A stretch of DNA of 64,000 nucleotides from an uncultured Chloroflexia bacterium (GCA_963748625.1 CAVVJT010000003.1:270952-334951), one strand, 5' to 3'. Positions 40,178 through 50,643 are shown, numbered from the stretch's first letter. The notes: generated from the sequence alone by a model not told the origin. Translations and numbers: made by a program.

Positions 40178-40300
40178 GCGCCGACGATGGCGCGATCGTC
40201 GCGTCCGTCAAACGGACCGGGTGGGTCGTTGTTGATGAAGTTGTCGCATTGGTCGGATGTGACGCACCGGTCGTAGACGCAAGACGACGAACGCGGTTCG

Positions 40301-41688
40301 ATGGTCGACATGAACGACACGACCCCCGACATCGCCGCCTGGCTCGAGAGCCGCCGCGTCACCATCGAGCCCGTCGCCGACGGTGACATCGTCGGCATCG
40401 GCCACGCGCTCACCCACTGCCGCAGCCTGCTCGGCCGGCTCCAGCACGAGGAGCAGGGGGCTCGTGCCGGCGCCGCGTCGGTCCGCTCGATCCTCCTCCA
40501 AGGGCCGGCCGGCAGCGGCAAGACGCTGACCGCCCGGTGGTTCGCGGGGCAGCTCGGCTCCGTGCCGGCCTACGACCTGCCGGCGGAGCAGCTGACCCCG
40601 GAGCGCATCCGTGCCGCGTTCACCCACCTCGCGACCACCCCCCGGTCGATCGTGTTCCTGGCCGAGATCGACTCGATCGGCCTCAACCGGCGTGATGCCG
40701 ACCGCGAGTCGCGCCGAAGCCTGTTCGCGCTGCTCGAGGCGCTCGACGGGCTGGCTCCGGTCCCGGCGGGCAACGGGCCCGTCGTCATCGCGACCACCAA
40801 CCGTTCGCGGTGCGAGCTCGACCAGGCCCTCATCCGGCCTGGCCGGCTCGGGACCCACGTCGTGTTCGGACTCCCGACCACGGCCGAGCGCATCGAGCTG
40901 TTCCGTCGCTTCGCGGCGCCGTGGATCGGACGGCTCCCCGATCAGCTGGGATCGGCTCGCCGAGATGAGCGCCCGCTGGAGCCCGGCGGACATCCGCGGC
41001 GCCGTCGACGACGCCCTGGGGCTTGCGCTCATGCGTGACGGCCGGGGGGCGTGCCTGACCGAAGAGGATCTCGTGGCGGCGACCCGCCGGGCCGGCAGGG
41101 TCGAGCCCGACGACGAGCAGCCGTTCGCGGATCTCGCCCAGATCGCCGTCCACGAAGCCGGGCATGCTGCCGTCGCCGATCGCACTCGGGCGCACGGTCC
41201 GAAGCGTGCACCTCGCCGTCGGCCGGCGCGGCGGCAGGACCGAGACCGGGACCGAGGGTGGCCTCCTGACCGATGCCGACGTGCGGGCGGGCGTGGTGGT
41301 CGCCCTGGGCGGCGTCGCGGCCGAGGAGCTGCTGAGCGACAGCCCGACCACGGGTGCCGAGAGCGACGTCCAGCGGGCGACCGAGCTGCTCATCGCGCGC
41401 ATCGAGGCCGGTCTCGATCCCGCGTTCCCGCCGGTCTCGCGCCGTGCCTGGGGCATGTTCGCGCCGCCGCAGGCGGTCGACGCGCTCATCGCGCCGCACG
41501 TCATCCGGGCCCTCGGGGCCGCCCGCGAACAGGCGCGGGAGATCGTCTACCGCGAACGGGTGGCGATCGAGCGGTTCGCGGAGCTCCTGCTCGCGGAGCC
41601 CGACCTCTCCGGCGTCGCCCTTGACGCGGCGCTGGCCGCCGTGGGGTGGCGCACCCCGACCAGCACCGACCAGATGGAGGCTGCTTGA
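40301..41688 (+). CDS. Soluble FtsH-like AAA+/peptidase M41 protein; frameshifts near 40935 and 41185
   Basis: GPAGSGKT, FLAEID, TTNR...LDQALIRPGR, AVHEAGHA, LGGVAAEELL, GAESDVQRAT; no TM. Confidence 0.85.
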
Positions 41689-41927
41689 CCATGGACCGCT
41701 CCACCGCTCCGCAGAGCGACCACTTCCCCACCGCGACCACCGAGGACTGGGCCGTCTTTGCCGAGGCCTACGCCGATCTGGTCGCCGATGCGGTCGGCGA
41801 CGCTGACATCGCGGCCGCGAACCAGTCCAACGTCGCACCTCAGCGACTGGCCCGACGCCAGGGCGCGCGGCGCGATCGCCAGGGATTCCTCATGCCCTTG
41901 GCGCGGGCCGCCGCCACCGGTTGACCA

Positions 41928-42046
41928 TGTGTCCCGAGTGTGTATCCCGTGCCGTCCGGGACCCCTCTGGTGCGGCCGGGACACAGGATCGGACACAGCG
42001 CTCCGCCACAAGATGGATCGAGGCCCCGGGTCGAGCCGGGGCCTCG
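41928..42046. repeat. att-like inverted arm repeats plus a GC hairpin
   Basis: TGTGTCCCGAGTGTGTATCCCG ... CGGGACACAGGATCGGACACA; hairpin CGAGGCCCCGG-N6-CCGGGGCCTCG at 42019..42046. Confidence 0.5.
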
Positions 42047-42223
42047 TCCTGTCCGCATCGCCAGTGACCCGGCGACGATCTCTCGGCCGCGTTGGCGACC
42101 CAGCGGACCATCGGCGCACGACGCCACTTGTCAGGCATCCGTGGTTCTCTGGTGCATCAAGGACGGTTGGTAGTTCGAGTGGGTCATTGCGGCCTTAGGG
42201 CTCGCGAGGGACGATGTGGGTCG

Positions 42224-42760
42224 ATGGCTGACAGCAACGAGCCGATCACCGCTGACCGACTGGAGAATCTGCCGACGCGGCTGATCGTCGCGTTTGCCGC
42301 CGACTGTGCCGAACATGTCCTGCCGATCTTCGAGCGGGCATACCCGGACGACCCGCGGCCACGCGCCGCGATCGCTGCCGTCCGCGAGCGGCTGGAAGGA
42401 AGATCATCAAGGGAGAGCCTCGATCGCGCCCGTGCAGGGTCCAGCAAGGCCAGCGGCAGGCCCTGGGGCAACCATGCCGTCACGGGCGCCCCAGGCTGGT
42501 ATGACGGCATGCTTCCGCTGGACACGGAGTCCGCCGCCGACGCAGCGACGGGTGCCGCCCTCGCCGCTCTATCTGCCAACGATGCTGCCGAGTCGGCCCG
42601 AGTCGCAGCCCGCGTCGCGGTTGACGCGGTGGAGGCGCTGGTCTACGCGTGGCAGCATCAGTCTGGGATGGATTTCCCCGCCGCGCAGGCCTACGCTTCT
42701 CCTCTCGAGCGTGCCTGGCAGGCCGAGCGCCTCACCGCCCTCGAGTCGGACCTCGGCTGA
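42224..42760 (+). CDS. Imm5-like putative immunity protein
   Basis: AFAADCAEHVLPIFERAYPDDPRPRAAIAA...ERAWQ. Confidence 0.8.
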   Translation: MADSNEPITADRLENLPTRLIVAFAADCAEHVLPIFERAYPDDPRPRAAIAAVRERLEGRSSRESLDRARAGSSKASGRPWGNHAVTGAPGWYDGMLPLDTESAADAATGAALAALSANDAAESARVAARVAVDAVEALVYAWQHQSGMDFPAAQAYASPLERAWQAERLTALESDLG

Positions 42761-42798
42761 GTTCACCCGGCAGCCTGTTGCCGGGGTCGTGAAGCGCC

Positions 42799-43257
42799 TT
42801 GCTCGGGAGCGCTTGGCATCCCGACGATGGGGACGTGAAACTCCGCTATCCGCCACGCTCGCACGCCCCGACGGACCCCGATGCCGTCTGCTCCACCGAC
42901 CACGGGCCGGGAGACTGGCAGAGGCCGGCTGGAACCGAGCGGCGCCTGTGGCGAGTCGTCTCCGATGCGCCGCTCACTGATCATCGACATGGGCGGGCGG
43001 ACTGGGGACTTCAACCCGGAACGGGACTGCGACTCGACGGGGTCCGAACCGGGCACATCGAGTATCCCGAGGACGGTCCGCAGTGGCAGCGCGGCGTCTA
43101 CGAGGTGATCGAGCGACGGTTCTGCGTTCTTGATGGCGCGATGGCCGGAACCTGTTGGGAGACCTGGGAGGAACGACCCGTCGGGTCAGGCGTGCCGTTC
43201 CGGGGTGATCGGGTGGAGCCAGTCGAGCGGTGGCTCCCCCTCACCAACCATTCTTGA
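42799..43257 (+). CDS. Small protein of a repeated unrecognised family (copy 1)
   Basis: LWRVV...LQPGTGLRL...RFCVLDGAMAG; start uncertain. Confidence 0.65.
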   Translation: MLGSAWHPDDGDVKLRYPPRSHAPTDPDAVCSTDHGPGDWQRPAGTERRLWRVVSDAPLTDHRHGRADWGLQPGTGLRLDGVRTGHIEYPEDGPQWQRGVYEVIERRFCVLDGAMAGTCWETWEERPVGSGVPFRGDRVEPVERWLPLTNHS

Positions 43258-43274
43258 CGCACAAGGTGGCTCTT

Positions 43275-44326
43275 GGGGTTCTCTAACCATGGGGCGGTTG
43301 CGGAAGCAACCAGCTGACTTTGGACAGGTCGAGCTGTCCCGGGCCTGCCATGACCATCAGTCGGTTGTGCCGCGACACGCCCCGTCTGACGATGACCGCA
43401 TGGGGATTCTGAGGCGGCGCAGCGCCGCCACCCATGCCACCGAGGGCGAACGCACCGCCCGTGGGCGATACCCGGATGGGGACGTCGCAGCGTGGACGGC
43501 CTACGTCGCCCAGAGCGACGTCGAGGTCGGGGTGTTCGATCGCACGCCCCTCGTCGTCGGGCAGCGTCGCGCATGGCCGCGGGACAAGGACATCGACGTC
43601 ATCCCGAACCTCATCGTGTGGTGCTCGCCGGAGAGCGCCGTGAGGTGGTGGCCCGCACGGCTGTTCGCCGTGGGCTCGATGGATGGCCTCGAGCGGCGCA
43701 GCTTCGCGGCCGGCTCGACGACGGGGTGGTGCCGGGGCTACACCGTCCTCGAGGAGCTGCCCGGGCACCGGTCGTTCGGACCGGGCGGGGAGGCCGCGGT
43801 CGCGGTCGCCGAGCACGCCGCCCGCCTCGACGCGAGGGGTATCCGCCAGCTCGGGGATCTCGCCCGGTCGGTCACGCCAAAGCCGCCGCTCGACGCCGTA
43901 CGCGCGGCGCGCCAGGCCCGCTACGGGCCCGGGGCACGGTGGCCGGAGCCCAGGGACACAGGACCGCTCTCCGTATTCATCGACAACGCCTGGGCCAAGG
44001 CAGCCCTCAATGTCGACCCGGAGATCGGCCCAGGGCACCTCCTGGACGAGTTCGACGGATGTGTGCGGGAGTGGCGGATCGTCGACCCGGTCTGGTGCGC
44101 CGCCGCCAGAGCGGCGCATGCCGCGATCTCCGCGGAGGTGTGGGCCGATGTCCTCGACGGGGACGTGCGCGAGGGGCTTGCTACGCCGTGGAGGCTGTTC
44201 CTGGCGGGCTGAGGCCACGGCCGGGCTTGATGTCATCCGCCTTGTGCGGGCATCGGGAGGGCCACGGCGGGACAACGGCGCCACCAGTACAGGCTGGTTG
44301 TCCGCGCAACCGCCCCATGGATAGAG
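43275..44326. mobile_element. Inverted-repeat-bounded gene cassette 1 (no transposase)
   Basis: CTCTAACCATGGGGCGGTTGCGGAAGCAACCAGC (43281..43314) versus reverse complement CTCTATCCATGGGGCGGTTGCGCGGACAACCAGC (44293..44326), 29/34 identical. Confidence 0.6.
43400..44212 (+). CDS. Hypothetical protein (passenger of cassette 1)
   Basis: WPARLFAV...VLEELPGHRSFGPGGE...LATPW; Ala-rich helical C-terminal half. Confidence 0.75.
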   Translation: MGILRRRSAATHATEGERTARGRYPDGDVAAWTAYVAQSDVEVGVFDRTPLVVGQRRAWPRDKDIDVIPNLIVWCSPESAVRWWPARLFAVGSMDGLERRSFAAGSTTGWCRGYTVLEELPGHRSFGPGGEAAVAVAEHAARLDARGIRQLGDLARSVTPKPPLDAVRAARQARYGPGARWPEPRDTGPLSVFIDNAWAKAALNVDPEIGPGHLLDEFDGCVREWRIVDPVWCAAARAAHAAISAEVWADVLDGDVREGLATPWRLFLAG

Positions 44327-44338
44327 GCGAGGCCACCA

Positions 44339-44725
44339 TCAATCGGTCTCCAGGACGATCGCTCGCACCAGCGCCATCTCCGGATCGTCGCGGCCCACGG
44401 GGTAGACGACGATGATGACGCCGCGGTCGGGGCCGTCGGTGATCTCGAACTTCAGCCCTTCCGGGAAGACCGCGGCGCACGGATCCTCATAGCCGGCAAC
44501 GCCTGCGTATCGGAGGCGCGTGCCGGCCGGGATGAGGGTCGGGCACGGGGGCGGCGGGGAGTGGCTGAGGTTCCCGTCATACCGGTTCGGCCCGTAGTAG
44601 GGCCGGGCCGAACCGAGGTCGAGGGTGGCGGTCGTGCGCCACATCGACCCGACTGGCGGGAGATCCTCGTGCAACCACGGCGGCGGCTCGAGGGCATCGG
44701 AGGCCACGAGTTCGGCGAGGCTCAT
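44339..44725 (-). CDS. Small protein of a repeated unrecognised family (copy 2)
   Basis: MWRTT...IPAGTRLRY...KFEITDGPDRG; ATGA-coupled to the GAF-GGDEF gene. Confidence 0.75.
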   Translation of the reverse strand: MSLAELVASDALEPPPWLHEDLPPVGSMWRTTATLDLGSARPYYGPNRYDGNLSHSPPPPCPTLIPAGTRLRYAGVAGYEDPCAAVFPEGLKFEITDGPDRGVIIVVYPVGRDDPEMALVRAIVLETD

Positions 44726-45888
44726 GGTCGAGATCGGCTGACCACTCGGGCCGACTTCACCGCGTACGCCCTCCTGTCAGCGACTTCCACGAGCTCGAGG
44801 GCCGAAGACCCGTCGTCGGGCCAGCACGAGAAGCCAACGCTTGCCGTGACATGCACGGGGGTGCCCTCGGTGAGAGCCGCGATGGCGATTCCGACCCGGT
44901 CCGCGATCGTCCGCGCGACCTCCGCATCAGTGCCGTGCAGCAGGATCGTGAACTCGTCGCCCCCGTAGCGGTACGCCCGATCGCTGTCGCGCAGCGAGGT
45001 CCGGATCGCTCCGGCGATCCGGACGAGCAGGTCGTCGCCGGCCGGGTGCCCCAGGGTGTCGTTGTACACCTTGAACCGGTCCAGATCGAGCAGCAGGACG
45101 GCGAACGTCTCGGCAGCTCCGCGCCGCAGGTGCTCGTTGAGGTGGCGCTGGAAGGCCCCATGGTTCAGGAGGCCCGTCAGCGCGTCGGTATCGGCCTGCG
45201 ACACCACATCTCGGTGAACCTGGGCGTTCTGGATCGCGATCGAGGCAAGGCTGGCGAACAGTTGGATCAGGGAGAACTCCGCATCGGTGAACGCCTGATC
45301 TCGAGGTGCCCTCCGCGAGACCTTCATCGTGCCGGCGACGAGGCCGTGCCGCACCAGGGGCACCACCACGGCCTGTTCCGGCCCAGGGTAGGTCCCCGGT
45401 ACGAGGACGGCCCGCGGATCGTCCTGGGCGTCGACGAGGTTGAGAGGCTCGCCGGTCCGGATGACCCATCCGGCGAGACCGGACTCGCTGACGTCGATCG
45501 GCCTGGGGGTCTCGAAGAAGGTCGCTGCCGCTTCGGCATCGGGGAACGAGATCTGCGCGAGCCTCGGGAGCCATGTCCGGGCCGCCCAGTCCACTTCGGT
45601 GATCACGAGGGCGTCGTGCGTGACGAGCGCACCCAAGGAGTCGGCGATCAGCTCCAGGACCTCTGCGGGGTCGAGGGAAGCGAGAACGCTCTGACTGACC
45701 TCGAGGAGCCGGCGCTGGCCTTCGATCAGCATCGCGATCTCACCGCGCCGAGGCTCGAGTTCGGCCGCGAGCCTGTCTGTCCCATCCCCGCACACAGTGT
45801 CCGGCGACCGATGGCTGGTATTGGCCGCAACACCGTCGATGTAGGTCCCCACGCGTTGAGGGTGGACGCCGGGCGACGTTGCCGCCAT
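44722..45888 (-). CDS. GAF-GGDEF diguanylate cyclase
   Basis: GAF (GLAGWVIRTGEP, VVVPL); DALTGLLN, DLDRFKVYNDTLGHPAGD, RDSD I-site, RYGGDEF; start uncertain. Confidence 0.92.
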   Translation of the reverse strand: MAATSPGVHPQRVGTYIDGVAANTSHRSPDTVCGDGTDRLAAELEPRRGEIAMLIEGQRRLLEVSQSVLASLDPAEVLELIADSLGALVTHDALVITEVDWAARTWLPRLAQISFPDAEAAATFFETPRPIDVSESGLAGWVIRTGEPLNLVDAQDDPRAVLVPGTYPGPEQAVVVPLVRHGLVAGTMKVSRRAPRDQAFTDAEFSLIQLFASLASIAIQNAQVHRDVVSQADTDALTGLLNHGAFQRHLNEHLRRGAAETFAVLLLDLDRFKVYNDTLGHPAGDDLLVRIAGAIRTSLRDSDRAYRYGGDEFTILLHGTDAEVARTIADRVGIAIAALTEGTPVHVTASVGFSCWPDDGSSALELVEVADRRAYAVKSARVVSRSRP

Positions 45889-46229
45889 TGGACCATCGTC
45901 CTATTGGCGCACCCGACGGGACGCCTCGTGCGGTCCCGCGGATCGAAATTGGGACTCGCTGGCGAGAGCTCTGGGACGCCCCTCGTCAGAAGGACGGGAC
46001 GTTCACATTGACCGGTGCCTGGCTCGACGCCACCCGCCTCTTCGGCCCGTACCGGTTCGAACGCTCTTGGCTGACGGACAAGGGACGAATCTCAATCATC
46101 GGGGCGCGGATCGTCATCAAGGGCTGACGCTTGCGCGCCGCGATCGTGAGGGCACTCGGCGATGCCAGGTCAGAACATCGAGTGGTCCCCCTCGTGAGGG
46201 CGGCGTTGGTCCTTGGAACTGCCTGGGCG

Positions 46230-47614
46230 TCAAGGACGATTGGCAGTTCCCGGATCCTCGACAGGCGCAAGGTCCTTCGACACCGGGCTGCCGGGCATGG
46301 CCACGAAGACCGTCATGCAACTGCCCTTTAGCGGGCCGTCGAGGACTCGGAAGCGGTCCCATCCCCCGTGTCCCCACGGGCTGTTGTAGTCGCGCTGGTC
46401 GTAGCGCAGGAGGGTGCCGCGGGCGACATCGACTGGTGCCGCCGATGGGTGCACGTCAGTCGAGGCATGAAGGACCGGGGCGGTTACTCGCCAGATCCGA
46501 GACGCGTCGGCGCGCTCGCCGACCTCCGCCTCCCATACCGTGTGCATCCGCCCGCACTCGCACCCGACATCGACCGGGTCGCGTAGTCGATCATCGGCCA
46601 GCTCGATCCGAGTTCCACGATTGATGGCCGCCGCCAACGCGCGATCGGCGAGCCATACGATCGTGTCCAAGGTGTCTCCTCCCGCGCGACCCCGATCCCG
46701 ATGGTCACGTCGACCGGATGGCCGGGGGCGCCTCCTCCGACTGCCTGGACCGCTGCGCGTAGGGCGCGCGCGAGTTCGAGGGCCGGCCGGCCACCGCCGT
46801 CCGCGACCACGAGGAACTCATCGCCTCCCACCCGCCAGACGGGACGCTCACCGGCGACCCCGACGAGCGCAACTGCGATCGCCCGGATGATCTCATCACC
46901 TCGGGCGTAGCCCCAGTAGTCGTTGATGTACGCGAACCGGTACAGATCCAGATAGAGGACGGCGGTCCCGGGGTGCAATCGATCTGCCAGCGGGAATGCC
47001 GGATCGATCCAGTGTCCGCGGTCGTCGCGCGGTGGTATCGGAAGGCCAGTCAGCCGATCGCGCCGCGGTTGGGCCGGGCGTGCATCTGGCCCTGCCTCGA
47101 CAGGCTGCACCCGCGGACCACGGATAGCTGACGCCGTCGCGGGCGAGAGGACCTGCTCGAGCGCGATGGCCGTCGCGGCAAGACCCGTCGCGGCCGCGTA
47201 CGACGCCGCGAGGCCATCAGGCCTGCGGGCAAAGCAGACATCCTGGGCAGTCATGCCAAGGTCGAGCGACTCCGACGCCACGACCATGGCATCGGCATAC
47301 GCATGACGGGCGGCATCCTCGAGACCCGTCGACGCGGCGACGGTGATCAGCTCGGCCTCGAAGCGTTCGGCGAGGAATGACCCCGGATCGTTGCCGTACC
47401 ACGCAGCAATGCGCTGGGCGTCCGCTTCCGTCGCCGGGATCACGCCCGAACGGAGGAACTCGATGACTGCGCCAGTGTTGGGGCCATAGCGACCGGCCGG
47501 CACATCATCCTTGAGGAGAACGGACAACGCGCCCGCGCCGCTGGGAAGCGGGCCGTGCTCACAGACGAACGACGACGACAACGGGAGCCGCTCGGCCATA
47601 TCCGGGTCGTTCAT
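46230..47614 (-). CDS. Helical domain-GGDEF-(CxC..H)-small domain (copy 3) fusion; frameshift near 46682
   Basis: DLYRFAYINDYWGYARGD, RVGGDEF; ORF 46230..46670 starts with the GGDEF terminal helix (LADRALAAAINRG), then IWRVT...VARGTLLRY...RFRVLDGPLKG. Confidence 0.75.
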
Positions 47615-48188
47615 GCCGTCCACCGTGCCTCGCGACAGGCGCGGATGCAATAGGTATGCCTACCAGATCGCGTCGTTGACCATCACGGGCAGCTGAGGGA
47701 CACCCGGCGACGTGCCACTGAAGCTGCGCGTCACGAACTGACCGTCAGGTCCACGACGCATGATCGCGTTCAGGCACCCATTCGAGGATCAGGTACGACT
47801 CGACGGCCATCATCGCGAGGCCACGGGCGAGCCGCGACTCGAGATCCGCCCAGGTGATCGGCAACTCGGGGCGTTTCGTCATCGGTTCCGACCGGCGGCG
47901 ACCACGGACCCGTCCCGGCGGACGACGATCCGCACGCGTGGGACTCGTAGTCCGCCTGATCGGGTTCGATCACGCAGCCGCCGATCGCCCACTCACCGGC
48001 CTGGAGTTTGGCTTCCCACTCCTGGTCGAATGCGGATGGCCGTAGAGGATCTCCGCTACGTTGCGCGACCTACATGCCGGGCACGGGACGCGAGGGCGAG
48101 CCGCAGGCCGGTCTTGTCTGGAAGGTCGGCGGACTCCGCGCATGCCCGCCGGGCGCCGTCCACGCGCGTGCGCAGGGACAGACCGGCC

Positions 48189-49025
48189 TCAACCTCCAGA
48201 GCGACGTCCCCGGAACAGGACGGCGGAACCCGCCCCGATGAGCGCGACGAGGACCAAGAGGCCGATCACCCACGGCGTCGACGAACTTGATGACGTGCCG
48301 TCGCTCCCGGAATCCTGCGGAGCGGACGCTTCTGGCTGCGCCGAGACGTCGGACGAGTTGCTGGACGGCGGCACGACCGATGCCCCAACCAGTTCGGTTG
48401 CCGCCGACGACGGGCCCGCGGTCGGATCCGCGCGGGCCGAGGGCGCATTCGATGGTGTCGCGGAGAGGGTCGGGGACGGCGTCGCGTCCGGAGTCGCGAC
48501 GGGAGTGGGCTTGGGCGTGGGTTTCGCCGTGGGCTTGGGAGTTGGCCTCGGCGTGGGCTTGGCTGTTGGCCTCGGCGTGGGCTTCGGCCCCTTCACGGCG
48601 GTCTGCCGCTTGGTCACGGCCTTCACCGGCGTCGTGGTGTAGTCGTAACTCTCGACGACCGTCACCGTGTAGGTCCCACTCTTCGGCACGCTGATCGAGC
48701 CGCTCTTCGAGTAGGCGGGCTGCGCCGCCATCGGCCCACCAGGGAACAGGCCGTACATGTATTTGGCCAGGACCTTCTTGTACCCAGGGCCGGTCAGCGT
48801 GACGGTGATGTTCATCCGCTCGCCCAGCGCGTCCGTGTTCTCCCAGTAGCAGCCCCCGACGTAGACCTTGACCTTCAGGCGCGCGGGCGACTCGATCAGT
48901 ACGGGCGAGCAGTTCGGGCTGATCCCGTAGGCGACAGGGGTCGGCGCGAGCGTGCTGAGAAGCCCCACGAGAAGCGCCGAGGTGGCAGCGATGCGGCCAA
49001 GCTGCATCACCTTGGTGCTGGTCAT
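48189..49025 (-). CDS. Secreted protein with PTPKPT repeats and C-terminal membrane anchor
   Basis: Signal peptide from ATG 49025 (GGGAG RBS); P/T/K linker; terminal TM plus RGRR. Confidence 0.8.
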   Translation of the reverse strand: MTSTKVMQLGRIAATSALLVGLLSTLAPTPVAYGISPNCSPVLIESPARLKVKVYVGGCYWENTDALGERMNITVTLTGPGYKKVLAKYMYGLFPGGPMAAQPAYSKSGSISVPKSGTYTVTVVESYDYTTTPVKAVTKRQTAVKGPKPTPRPTAKPTPRPTPKPTAKPTPKPTPVATPDATPSPTLSATPSNAPSARADPTAGPSSAATELVGASVVPPSSNSSDVSAQPEASAPQDSGSDGTSSSSSTPWVIGLLVLVALIGAGSAVLFRGRRSGG

Positions 49026-49350
49026 ACTCCCCCCTCGGATCGGCCGACAAGATACGGGCGCCCACGTGGCAGCAGTTCGCCGAGCGAGGCCCCGAGAAGG
49101 TCCATGCTGCCGGGCCGCGGCGGTTGGTACCAAGCAAAGCGGCAGCTTGGCGGGCCCCAGCGTCACCGGTTCGTCAGGATGTCTGGCCCTGTTGGAGCCT
49201 GCGGCCATGCGGGCGCGCGGCGATCGCGGCGAGAGGGGGCCGCGAGGGCATGCCGATGGCGCGAAGGAACCCGACCACGTTGCCGTTGCGGCCGAGTCGA
49301 ACGAGTGCTCGAAACGGTCGGTCGAGCCCCGCGACATTGGCGGCACGTAC

Positions 49351-50643
49351 TCACAACCCTCGCTCCCCGTGCGGCGAGAGCACCGCTCGGGCCTCCTCTT
49401 CGAACGGCCAGGCAAAGGCGAAGTTGATCGCACTGTCGCCCGGCTCGGTCGCCTCGACCACGATGGACAGTCTCCGCGCCAAGTCCTCAGGTGACAGGGC
49501 ACCATCCTGGTGATAGACGATGTGGAAGCCTCGCGCGAGAGGGGCAGAGAGAACGGAGTCACTCACGACCAGAACGCCATCCTCGCGCCGCATGCGGTCA
49601 GCCGCGGCAAGTCGCTCGTCCGGTTCCATCTGCACCGTCACCAATTCGACCTGCCGGAGTAGTTGAATTGCCTCGGTGGTCGGCCCGATGTCAGACGCGA
49701 GGGCGCAGACGACCAGGGCTGGCACCTGGCGATGTCCTGCCGCCAGCCTGACGAGGACCGACGCCTTGCTGCCGAGCGACTCGAGATCGTCTGCAGCGTC
49801 AACAGCGTCATGGAGAAGCTCGCGATCCGCAGTCTGCTCGCCGAATTGGATGGCGGGAATGGACTCATCGATGGAGAGTTCGGTCGACTCGCCTCGGGCG
49901 AGGTACGCCCTCTCCAGAACCTGGATTGCCGCGACCGGGCTGACCAGTGCGATCTGCAGGGCAACCCTGCGGAGCGGCTCGTCGGGAGACGCAGCCAGCC
50001 AATCCTTGACCAGCCCCACAAAGCGGAACTCAGCCTCGGTCGGCTTCACCGTGATCTCTCGCACCGGGGACTCGCTGACCCCGGGGTCCACGCCACCCGG
50101 CAACTCGAACCGCCGCGCGCCATCGAGTTCTGGCACGTTGGCCGGGGTCGCCGTCATCACGATGATCCCAGCCGAGCCGTCGACGAGGTCCGTCAGCAAC
50201 TGCCGGCCCCGCGTCGTGATCACCAGCCGATGCACTTCGTCAATGATGGTCAAGCTCCACGCGACGCGGCGAAGCAGGTCCGCGTACTCCGGTCGGCAAG
50301 CACGCTCGATTGAGACGACGAAGACGTCGCCCACCATGGGCTGCCTCGCCGACGCTCCCGGGGAGAGCGCAGACAACAACGCATCGCGATCGATGACCGT
50401 CACGGTCCGCGATCCGACGACGGTGGCTTCGCGCTGGGAGGCGCGGATCCGGTCCGCCCACTGCGCTGACATCGACCCGCCCGGCACGACCACGAGCACG
50501 GGGCCGACCTTCGCGGATCTGTCTGCGAGCGCGACTCCCACCGCGGTCTTGCCCGCGCCTGTCGGCCACGCGAGCACGGCTCTTTGCGGGCGAAGACCGG
50601 CGAACTCGTCGACGACCTGCTGCTGGTGAGCGTGCAGTATCAC
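49351..50643 (-). CDS. SF2 DEAD/DEAH-box helicase-like protein
   Basis: HAHQ Q-motif, PTGAGKT, IIDEVH, MTATP; C-terminal motifs look degenerate; GTGA overlap with CBS-HEPN. Confidence 0.85.
   Translation of the reverse strand: MILHAHQQQVVDEFAGLRPQRAVLAWPTGAGKTAVGVALADRSAKVGPVLVVVPGGSMSAQWADRIRASQREATVVGSRTVTVIDRDALLSALSPGASARQPMVGDVFVVSIERACRPEYADLLRRVAWSLTIIDEVHRLVITTRGRQLLTDLVDGSAGIIVMTATPANVPELDGARRFELPGGVDPGVSESPVREITVKPTEAEFRFVGLVKDWLAASPDEPLRRVALQIALVSPVAAIQVLERAYLARGESTELSIDESIPAIQFGEQTADRELLHDAVDAADDLESLGSKASVLVRLAAGHRQVPALVVCALASDIGPTTEAIQLLRQVELVTVQMEPDERLAAADRMRREDGVLVVSDSVLSAPLARGFHIVYHQDGALSPEDLARRLSIVVEATEPGDSAINFAFAWPFEEEARAVLSPHGERGL

Noticed and set aside
38087-40276. 729-aa plus-strand ORF and other long shadow ORFs (for example 19911..21251, 28555..29949, 60451..61695)
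   Set aside because: They are antisense to motif-bearing genes and have the R/S/A/P-rich composition typical of high-GC shadow frames.
42047-42200. tRNA or tRNA fragment beside the att-like repeats
   Set aside because: No cloverleaf or convincing T-arm plus CCA found.
47690-48045. Gene between the GGDEF and the secreted protein (also 45879..46127)
   Set aside because: Only short protein-like pieces in shifting frames; no assignable motif.
48480-48600. Short repeats as a CRISPR array or regulatory repeat
   Set aside because: They encode a PTPKPTAK protein linker; there are no spacers.
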